DNA from: Eledone cirrhosa
Lineage: Eukaryota
Length of the DNA: 64,000 nucleotides
Direction of reading: 5' to 3'
Assembly: GCA_964016885.1 (NCBI GenBank)
Contig: OZ024742.1
Span: forward strand, 96,472,001 to 96,536,000
The notes under the pieces were generated by a model, which had not been told where the DNA came from, did no database searches, and saw nothing but the letters and a program-made list of their open reading frames with translations. Shown here one piece after another: positions 51,001 through 64,000 of the stretch. A program made the position numbers and the translations under genes. How positions within the stretch are numbered: the first letter of the stretch is position 1; every line of letters starts with the position of its first letter.

Positions 51001-54000
51001 CCAACTACTATGACACTACCAACAACACCACCACCAACTACTGTGACACTACCAACAAAATCACCACCAACTACTATGACACTACCAACAACATCACCAC
51101 CAACTACTGTGACACTACCAACAACACCACCACCAACTACTATGACACTACCAACAACGTCACCACCAACTACTGTGACAGTACCAACAACATCACCACC
51201 AACTACTGTGACAGTACCAACAACATCACCACCAACTACTATGACACTACCAACAACATCACCACCAACTACTGTGACAGTACCAACAACATCACCACCA
51301 ACTACTATGACACTACCAACAACATCACCACCAACTACTGTGACAGTACCAACAACATCACCTCCAACTACTATGACACTACCAACAACATCACCACCAA
51401 CTACTGTGACACTACCAACAACATCACCACCAACTACTGTGACAGTACCAACAACATCACCACCAACTACTATGACACTACCAACAACATCACCACCAAC
51501 TACTGTGACAGTACCAACAACATCACCACCAACTACTGTGACACTACCAACACCATCACCACCAACTACTGTGACACTACCAACAACATCACCACCAACT
51601 ACTGTGACACTACCAACAACATCACCACCAACTACTGTGACACTACCAACAACATCGCCACCAACTACTATGACACTATCAACAACATCACCAGCAACTA
51701 CTATGACACTACCAACAACATCACCACCAACTACTGTGACACTACCAACAACATCACCAGCAACTACTATGACACTACCAACAACATCACCACCAACTAC
51801 TGTGACACTACCAACACCATCACCACCAACTACTGTGACACTACCAACAACATCACCACCAACTACTGTGACACTACCAACAACATCACCACCAACTACT
51901 ATGACACTACCAACAACATCACCACCAACTACTGTGAGACTACCAACAACATCACCACCAACTACTGTGACACTACCAACAACACCACCACCAACTACTG
52001 TGACAGTACCAACAACACCACCACCAACTACTGTGACACTACCAACAACATCACCACCAACTACTGTGAGACTACCAACAACATCACCACCAACTACTGT
52101 GACACTACCAACAACATCACCACCAACTACGGTGACAGTACCAACAACATCACCACCAACTACTGTGACACTACCAACAACATCACCACCAACTACTGTG
52201 ACACTACCAACAACATCACCACCAACTACTGTGACACTACCAACAACATCACCACCAACTACTATGACAGTACCAACAACATCACCACCAACTACTGTGA
52301 GACTACCAACAACATCACCACCAACTACTATGACACTACCAACAACATCACCACCAACTACTGTGACACTACCAACAACACCACCACCAACTACTGTGAC
52401 AGTACCAACAACATCACCACCAACTACTGTGAGACTACGAACAACATCACCACCAACTGCTGTGACAGTACCAACAACATCACCACCAACTACTGTGACA
52501 GTACCAACAACATCACCACCAACTACTGTGACACTACCAACAACATCACCACCAACTACTGTGACACTACCAACAACATCACCACCAACTACTGTGACAC
52601 TACCAACAACACCACCACCAACTACTATGACACTACCAACAACATCACCACCAACTACTATGACACTACCAACAACACCACCACCAACTACTGTGACAAT
52701 ACCAACAACATCACCACCAACTACTGTGACAGTATCAACAACATCACCACCAACTACTGTGACACTACCAACAACATCACCACCAACTACTGTGACAGTA
52801 CCAACAACATCACCACCAACTACTGTGACACTACCAACAACATCACCACCATCTACTGTGACACTACCAACAACATCACCACCAACTACTGTGACAGTAC
52901 CAACAACATCACCACCAACTACTATGACACTACCAACAACACCACCACCAACTACTGTGACACTACCAACAACATCACCACCAACTACTATGACACTACC
53001 AACAACATCACCACCAACTACTGTGACACTACCAACAACACCACCACCAACTACTATGACACTACCAACAACATCACCACCAACTACTGTGACAGTACCA
53101 ACAACATCACCACCAACTACTGTGACAGTACCAACAACATCACCACCAACTACTATGACACTACCAACAACATCACCACCAACTACTGTGACAGTACCAA
53201 CAACATCACCACCAACTACTATGACACTACCAACAACATCACCACCAACTACTGTGACAGTACCAACAACATCACCACCAACTACTATGACACTACCAAC
53301 AACATCACCACCAACTACTGTGACACTACCAACAACATCACCACCAACTACTGTGACAGTACCAACAACATCACCACCAACTACTATGACACTACCAACA
53401 ACATCACCACCAACTACTGTGAGAGTACCAACAACATCACCACCAACTACTGTGACACTACCAACACCATCACCACCAACTACTGTGACAGTACCAACAA
53501 CATCACCACCAACTACTGTGACACTACCAACAACATCACCACCAACTACTGTGACACTACCAACACCATCACCACCAACTACTGTGACACTACCAACAAC
53601 ATCACCACCAACTACTGTGACACTACCAACAACATCACCACCAACTACTGTGACACTACCAACAACATCACCACCAACTACTGTGAGACTACCAACAACA
53701 TCACCACCAACTACTGTGACACTACCAACAACACCACCACCAACTACTGTGACAGTACCAACAACATCACCACCAACTACTGTGAGACTACCAACAACAT
53801 CACCACCAACTACTGTGACAGTACCAACAACATCACCACCAACTACTGTGACAGTACCAACAACATCACCACCAACTACTGTGACACTACCAACAACATC
53901 ACCACCAACTACTGTGACACTACCAACAACATCACCACCAACTACTGTGACACTACCAACAACACCACCACCAACTACTATGACACTACCAACAACATCA

Positions 54001-57000
54001 CCACCAACTACTATGACACTACCAACAACACCACCACCAACTACTGTGACAATACCAACAACATCACCACCAACTACTGTGACAGTATCAACAACATCAC
54101 CACCAACTACTGTGACACTACCAACAACATCACCACCAACTACTGTGACAGTACCAACAACATCACCACCAACTACTGTGACACTACCAACAACATCACC
54201 ACCATCTACTGTGACACTACCAACAACATCACCACCAACTACTGTGACAGTACCAACAACATCACCACCAACTACTATGACACTACCAACAACACCACCA
54301 CCAACTACTGTGACACTACCAACAACATCACCACCAACTACTGTGACAGTACCAACAACATCACCACCAACTACTGTGACAGTACCAACAACATCACCAC
54401 CAACTACTATGACACTACCAACAACACCACCACCAACTACTGTGACACTACCAACAACATCACCACCAACTACTATGACACTACCAACAACATCACCACC
54501 AACTACTGTGACACTACCAACAACACCACCACCAACTACTATGACACTACCAACAACATCACCACCAACTACTGTGACAGTACCAACAACATCACCACCA
54601 GCTACTGTGACAGTACCAACAACATCACCACCAACTACTATGACACTACCAACAACATCACCACCAACTACTGTGACAGTACCAACAACATCACCACCAA
54701 CTACTATGACACTACCAACAACATCACCACCAACTACTGTGACAGTACCAACAACATCACCACCAACTACTATGACACTACCAACAACATCACCACCAAC
54801 TACTGTGACACTACCAACAACATCACCACCAACTACTGTGACAGTACCAACAACATCACCACCAACTACTATGACACTACCAACAACATCACCACCAACT
54901 ACTGTGACAGTACCAACAACATCACCACCAACTACTGTGACACTACCAACACCATCACCACCAACTACTGTGACAGTACCAACAACATCACCACCAACTA
55001 CTGTGACACTACCAACAACATCACCACCAACTACTGTGACACTACCAACACCATCACCACCAACTACTGTGACACTACCAACAACATCACCACCAACTAC
55101 TGTGACACTACCAACAACATCACCACCAACTACTGTGACACTACCAACAACATCACCACCAACTACTGTGAGACTACCAACAACATCACCACCAACTACT
55201 GTGACACTACCAACAACACCACCACCAACTACTGTGACAGTACCAACAACACCACCACCAACTACTGTGACACTACCAACAACATCACCACCAACTACTG
55301 TGAGACTACCAACAACATCACCACCAACTACTGTGACACTACCAACAACATCACCACCAACTACTGTGACACTACCAACAACATCACCACCAACTACGGT
55401 GACAGTACCAACAACATCACCACCAACTACTGTGACACTACCAACACCATCACCACCAACTACTGTGACACTACCAACAACATCACCACCAACTACTGTG
55501 ACACTACCAACAACATCACCACCAACTACTATGACAGTACCAACAACATCACCACCAACTACTGTGAGACTACCAACAACATCACCACCAACTACTATGA
55601 CACTACCAACAACATCACCACCAACTACTGTGACACTACCAACAACACCACCACCAACTACTGTGACAGTACCAACAACATCACCACCAACTACTGTGAG
55701 ACTACCAACAACATCACCACCAACTACTGTGACAGTACCAACAACATCACCACCAACTACTGTGACAGTACCAACAACATCACCACCAACTACTGTGACA
55801 CTACCAACAACATCACCACCAACTACTGTGACACTACCAACAACATCACCACCAACTACTGTGACACTACCAACAACACCACCACCAACTACTATGACAC
55901 TACCAACAACATCACCACCAACTACTATGACACTACCAACAACACCACCACCAACTACTGTGACAATACCAACAACATCACCACCAACTACTGTGACACT
56001 ACCAACAACATCACCACCAACTACTATGACACTACCAACAACATCACCACCAACTACTGTGACACTACCAACAACATCACCACCAACTACTGTGACACTA
56101 CCAACAACATCACCACCAACTACTATGACACTACCAACAACATCACCACCAACTACTATGACAGTACCAACAACATCACCACCAACTACTATGACACTAC
56201 CAACAACATCACCACCAACTACTGTGACACTACCAACAACATCACCACCAACTACTATGACACTACCAACAACATCACCACCAACTACTATGACAGTACC
56301 AACAACATCACCACCAACTACTATGACACTACCAACAACATCACCACCAACTACTATGACACTACCAACAACATCACCACCAACTACTATGACACTACCA
56401 ACAACATCACCACCAACTACTATGACACTACCAACAACATCACCACCAACTACTGTGACACTACCAACAACATCACCACCAACTACTGTGACACTACCAA
56501 CAACATCACCACCAACTACTGTGACACTACCAACAACACCACGACCAACTACTGTGACACTACCAACATCACCACCAACTACTATGACACTACCAACAAC
56601 ATCACCACCAACTACTATGACACTACCAACAACATCACCACCAACTACTGTGACACTACCAACAACATCACCACCAACTACTATGACACTACCAACAACA
56701 TCACCACCAACTACTGTGACACTACCAACAACACCACGACCAACTACTGTGACACTACCAACATCACCACCAACTACTATGACACTACCAACAACATCAC
56801 CACCAACTACTGTGACAGTACCAACAACATCACCACCAACTACTGTGACACTACCAACAACATCACCACCAACTACTGTGACACTACCAACAACATCACC
56901 ACCAACTACTATGACAGTACCAACAACATCACCACCAACTACTGTGACACTACCAACAACATCACCACCAACTACTGTGAGACTACCAACAACACCACGA

Positions 57001-60000
57001 CCAACTACTGTGACACTACCAACAACATCACCACCAACTACTGTGACACTACCAACAACATCACCACCAACTACTGTGACACTACCAACAACATCACCAC
57101 CAACTACTATGACACTACCAACAACATCACCACCAACTACTATGACAGTACCAACAACATCACCACCAACTACTGTGACAGTACCAACAACATCACCACC
57201 AACTGCTATGACAGTACCAACAACATCACCACCAACTACTGTGACACTACCAACAACATCACCACCAACTACTGTGACACTACCAACAACATCACCACCA
57301 ACTACTGTGACAGTACCAACAACATCACCACCAACTACTGTGACAGTACCAACAACATCACCACCAACTACTGTGACAGTACCAACAACATCACCACCAA
57401 CTACTGTGACAGTACCAACAACATCACCACCAACTACTGTGACAGTATCAACAACATCACTACCAACTACTGTGACAGTACCAACAACATCACCACCAAC
57501 TACTGTGACAGTACCAACAACATCACCACCAACTGCTATGACAGTACCAACAACATCACCACCAACTACTGTGACACTACCAACAACATCACCACCAACT
57601 ACTGTGACACTACCAACAACATCACCACCAACTACTATGACAGTACCAACAACATCACCACCAACTACTGTGACACTACCAACAACATCACCACCAACTA
57701 CTGTGACACTACCAACAACATCACCACCAACTACTGTGACACTACCAACACCATCACCACCAACTGCTATGACACTACCAACAACATCACCACCAACTAC
57801 TGTGACACTACCAACAACATCACCACCAACTACTATGACACTACCAACAACATCACCACCAACTACTATGACAGTACCAACAACATCACCACCAACTACT
57901 GTGACAGTACCAACAACATCACCACCAACTACTCTGACACTACCAACAACATCACCACCAACTACTATGACAGTACCAACAACATCACCACCAACTACTG
58001 TGACACTACCAACAACATCACCACCAACTACTTTGACAGTACCAACAACATCACCACCAACTACTGTGACACTACCAACAACATCACCACCAACTACTGT
58101 GACACTACCAACAACATCACCACCAACTACTGTGACACTACCAACAACATCACCACCAACTACTGTGACACTACCAACAACATCACCACCAACTACTATG
58201 ACACTACCAACAACATCACCACCAACTACTGTGACACTACCAACAACATCACCACCAACTACTATGATACTACCAACAACATCACCACCAACTACTATGA
58301 CACTACCAACAACATCACCACCAACTACTGTAACACTACCAACAACATCACCACCAACTACTGTGACACTACCAACAACACCACCACCAACTACTGTGAC
58401 ACTACCAACAACATCACCACCAACTACTGTGACACTACCAACAACATCACCACCAACTACTGTGACACTACCAACAACATCACCAGCAACTACTGTGACA
58501 CTACCAACAACACCACCACCAACTACTGTGACACTACCAACAACATCACCACCAACTACTGTAACACTACCAACAACATCACCACCAACTACTGTGACAC
58601 TACCAACAACACCACCACCAACTACTGTGACACTACCAACAACATCACCACCAACTACTGTGACACTACCAACAACATCACCACCAACTACTGTGACACT
58701 ACCAACAACATCACCACCAACTACTATGACACTACCAACAACATCACCACCAACTACTGTGACACTACCAACAACATCACCACCAACTACTATGACACTA
58801 CCAACAACATCACCACCAACTACTGTGACAGTACCAACAACATCACCACCAACTGCTGTGACAGTACCAACAACATCACCACCAACTACTATGACACTAC
58901 CAACAACATCACCACCAACTACTGTGACACTACCAACAACATCACCACCAACTACTGTGACAGTACCAACAACACCACCACCAACTACTGTGACAGTACC
59001 AACAACATCACCACCAACTACTATGACACTACCAACAACATCACCACCAACTGCTATGACACTACCAACAACACCACCACCAACTACTGTGACACTACCA
59101 ACAACATCACCACCAACTGCTATGACACTACCAACAACATCACCACCAACTACTATGACAGTACCAACAACATCACCACCAACTACTGTGACACTACCAA
59201 CAACATCACCACCAACTACTGTGACACTACCAACAACATCACCACCAACTACTGTGACACTACCAACAACATCACCACCAACTATTGTGAGACTACCAAC
59301 AACATCACCACCAACTACTATGACACTACCAACAACATCACCACCAACTACTATGACACTACCAACAACATCACCACCAACTGCTATGACACTACCAACA
59401 ACATCACCACCAACTACTATGACAGTACCAACAACATCACCACCAACTACTGTGACAGTACCAACAACATCACCACCAACTACTGTGACACTACCAACAA
59501 CATCACCACCAACTACTGTGAGACTGCCAACAACATCACCACCAACTACTGTGACACTACCAACAACATCACCACCAACTACTGTGACACTACCAACAAC
59601 ATCACCACCAACTACTGTAACACTACCAACAACATCACCACCAACTATTGTGAGACTACCAACAACATCACCACCAACTACTGTGACACTACCAACAACA
59701 TCACCACCAACTACTGTGACACTACCAACAACATCAACACCAACTACTATGACACTACCAACACCATCACCACCAACTACTGTGACAGTACCAACAACAT
59801 CACCACCAACTACTGTGACAGTACCAACACCATCACCACCAACTACTGTGACAGTACCAACAACATCACCACCAACTACTGTGACACTACCAACAACATC
59901 ACCACCAACTACTGTGAGACTACCAACAACATCACCACCAACTACTATGACACTACCAACACCATCACCACCAACTACTGTGACACTACCAACAACATCA

Positions 60001-63000
60001 CCACCAACTACTGTGACACTACCAACAACATCACCACCAACTACTGTGACAGTACCAACAACATCACCACCAACTACTGTGAGACTACCAACAACATCAC
60101 CACCAACTACTATGACACTACCAACAACATCACCACCAACTACTGTGACAGTACCAACAACATCACCACCAACTACTGTGAGACTACCAACAACACCACC
60201 ACCAACTACTGTGACACTACCAACAACATCACCACCAACTGCTATGACACTACCAACAACATCACCACCAACTACTGTGACACTACCAACAACATCACCA
60301 CCAACTACTGTGACACTACCAACAACATCACCACCAACTATTGTGACACTACCAACAACATCACCACCAACTACTATGACACTACCAACAACATCACCAC
60401 CAACTACTGTGACACTACCAACAACATCACCACCAACTACTGTGACAGTACCAACAACATCACCACCAACTACTGTGAGACTACCAACAACATCACCACC
60501 AACTATTGTGACAGTACCAACACCATCACCACCAACTACTGTGACAGTACCAACAACATCACCACCAACTACTGTGACACTACCAACAACATCACCACCA
60601 ACTACTGTGAGACTACCAACAACATCACCACCAACTACTATGACACTACCAACAACATCACCACCAACTACTGTGACACTACCAACAACATCACCACCAA
60701 CTACTGTGACACTACCAACAACATCACCACCAACTACTGTGACAGTACCAACAACATCACCACCAACTACTGTGACACTACCAACAACATCACCACCAAC
60801 TACTGTGACAGTACCAACAACATCACCACCAACTACTGTGAGACTACCAACAACATCACCACCAACTACTATGACACTACCAACAACATCACCACCAACT
60901 ACTGTGACAGTACCAACAACATCACCACCAACTACTGTGAGACTACCAACAACACCACCACCAACTACTGTGACACTAACAACAACATCACCACCAACTG
61001 CTATGACACTACCAACAACATCACCACCAACTACTGTGACACTACCAACAACATCACCACCAACTACTGTGACACTACCAACAACATCACCACCAACTAC
61101 TGTGACACTACCAACAACATCACCACCAACTATTGTGACACTACCAACAACATCACCACCAACTACTATGACACTACCAACAACATCACCACCAACTACT
61201 ATGACACTACCAACACCATCACCACCAACTACTGTGACAGTACCAACAACATCACCACCAACTATTGTGACACTACCAACAACATCACCACCAACTACTA
61301 TGACACTACCAACAACATCACCACCAACTACTATGACACTACCAACACCATCACCACCAACTACTGTGACAGTACCAACAACATCACCACCAACTACTGT
61401 GACAGTACCAACACCATCACCACCAACTACTGTGACAGTACCAACAACATCACCACCAACTACTGTGAGACTACCAACAACACCACCACCAACTACTGTG
61501 ACACTACCAACAACATCACCACCAACTGCTATGACACTACCAACAACATCACCACCAACTACTGTGACACTACCAACAACATCACCACCAACTACTGTGA
61601 CACTACCAACAACATCACCACCAACTATTGTGACACTACCAACAACATCACCACCAACTACTATGACACTACCAACAACATCAACACCAACTACTATGAC
61701 ACTACCAACACCATCACCACCAACTACTGTGACAGTACCAACAACATCACCACAAACTACTGTGACAGTACCAACACCATCACCACCAACTACTGTGACA
61801 GTACCAACAACATCACCACCAACTACTGTGACACTACCAACAACATCACCACCAACTACTGTGACACTACCAACAACATCACCACCAACTACTGTGACAG
61901 TACCAACAACATCACCACCAACTACTGTGAGACTACCAACATCATCACCACCAACTACTGTGACAGTACCAACAACATCACCACCAACTACTGTGACACT
62001 ACCAACAACATCACCACCAACTACTGTGAGACTACCAACAACACCACCACCAACTACTGTGACACTACCAACAACATCACCACCAACTGCTATGACACTA
62101 CCAACAACATCACCACCAACTACTGTGACACTACCAACAACATCACCACCAACTACTGTGACACTACCAACAACATCACCACCAACTACTGTGACAGTAC
62201 CAACAACATCACCACCAACTACTGTGACACTACCAACAACATCACCACCAACTACTGTGACAGTACCAACAACATCACCACCAACTACTGTGAGACTACC
62301 AACAACATCACCACCAACTACTATGACACTACCAACAACATCAACACCAACTACTATGACACTACCAACACCATCACCACCAACTACTGTGACAGTACCA
62401 ACAACATCACCACCAACTACTGTGACACCACCAACAACATCACCACCAACTACTGTGACAGTACCAACAACATCACCACCAACTACTGTGACACTACCAA
62501 CAACATCACCACCAACTACTGTGACAGTACCAACAACATCACCACCAACTACTGTGACACTACCAACAACATCACCACCAACTACTATGACAGTACCAAC
62601 AACATCACCACCAACTACTGTGACAGTACCAACAACATCACCAACTACTATGACAGTACCAACAACATCACCACCAACTACTATGACACTACCAACAACA
62701 TCACCACCAACTACTGTGACACTACCAACACCATCACCACCAACTACTGTGACAGTACCAACAACATCACCACCAACTACTGTGACACTACCAACAACAT
62801 CACCACCAACTACTGTGACAGTACCAACAACATCACCACCAACTACTGTGACACTACCAACACCATCACCACCAACTACTGTGACAGTACCAACAACATC
62901 ACCACCAACTACTATGACAGTACCAACAATATCACCACCAACTACTATGACACTACCAACAACATCACCACCAACTACTGTGACACTACCAACAACATCA

Positions 63001-64000
63001 CCACCAACTACTGTGACACTACCAACAACATCACCACCAACTACTGTGACACTACCAACAACATCACCACCAACTACTGTGACAGTACCAACAACATCAC
63101 CACCAACTACTGTGACAGTACCAACAACATCACCACCAACTACTGTGACACTACCAACAATATCACCACCAACTACTGTGACACTACCAACAACATCACC
63201 ACCAACTACTGTGACACTACCAACAACATCACCACCAACTACTATGACAGTACCAACAACATCACCACCAACTACTGTGACAGTACCAACAACATCACCA
63301 CCAACTACTGTGACACTACCAACAACACCACCACCAACTACTGTGACGGTACCAACACCATCACCACCAACTACTGTGACACTACCAACAACATCACCAC
63401 CAACTACTGTGACAGTACCAACACCATCACCACCAACTACTGTGACACTACCAACAACATCACCACCAACTACTGTGACACTACCAACAACACCACCACC
63501 AACTACTGTGACAGTACCAACAACATCACCACCAACTACTGTGACACTACCAACATCACCACCAACTACTATGACAGTACCAACAACATCACCACCAACT
63601 ACTGTGACACTACCAACAACATCACCACCAACTACTGTGAGACTACCAACAACACCACCACCAACTACTGTGACACTACCAACAACATCACCACCAACTA
63701 CTGTGAGACTACCAACAACACCACCACCAACTACTGTGACACTACCAACAACATCACCACCAACTACTGTGACACTACCAACAACATCACCACCAACTAC
63801 TGTGAGACTACCAACAACATCACCACCAACTACTGTGACACTACCAACAACATCACCACCAACTACTGTGACACTACCAACAACACCACCACCAACTACT
63901 GTGACAGTACCAACAACATCACCACCAACTACTGTGACACTACCAACAACATCACCACCAACTACTGTGACACTACCAACAACATCACCACCAACTACTG
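30771..64000 (+). repeat. Giant 33-bp minisatellite array, ~1,000 units, running off the window
   Basis: Consensus ACTACTGTGACACTACCAACAACATCACCACCA. There are ~245 units in 30771-38840 and ~755 units in 39110-64000, with a degenerate spacer between them. Confidence 0.99.
39004..63999 (+). CDS. Putative mucin-like PTS tandem-repeat coding block 2 (open to window end, ~8,330 codons)
   Basis: The frame opens after TAA at 39001 and has the same phase at 39121 and 63961. I saw no stop by eye, and the first ATG is at 39196. It is absent from the ORF track, probably because it has no stop in the window. Confidence 0.4.

Noticed and set aside
30771-64000. CRISPR array or telomeric repeat
   Set aside because: There are no unique spacers, no cas genes and the context is eukaryotic. 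The unit is not TTAGGG-like.

Overview
This is AT-rich, repeat-dense animal genomic DNA. Its SINE/RTE/microsatellite landscape resembles Octopus (my inference; not verified). Bases 1-30,700 contain no recognisable host exon. They hold RTE and CR1 LINE remnants, tRNA-derived SINEs including a head-to-tail SINE cluster, and a near full-length but inactivated R4/Dong-clade retrotransposon (RT + CCHC + restriction-like endonuclease) inserted into that cluster. They also hold a non-autonomous Helitron, mariner- and piggyBac-type MITEs, and many microsatellites. From ~30,770 to the window end is a single >33 kb array of ~1,000 copies of a 33-bp unit (ACTACTGTGACACTACCAACAACATCACCACCA) that reads as a mucin-type PTS repeat (TTVTLPTTSPP). 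The array has two stop-free blocks (~2,760 and >8,300 codons) offset by one base at a degenerate junction near 39,000. It is preceded by a strong + strand branch point/polypyrimidine/AG splice acceptor, whose short exon frame misses the repeat frame by one base. It is either a giant mucin exon (with assembly errors or decay) or a non-coding satellite; the sequence alone cannot decide.
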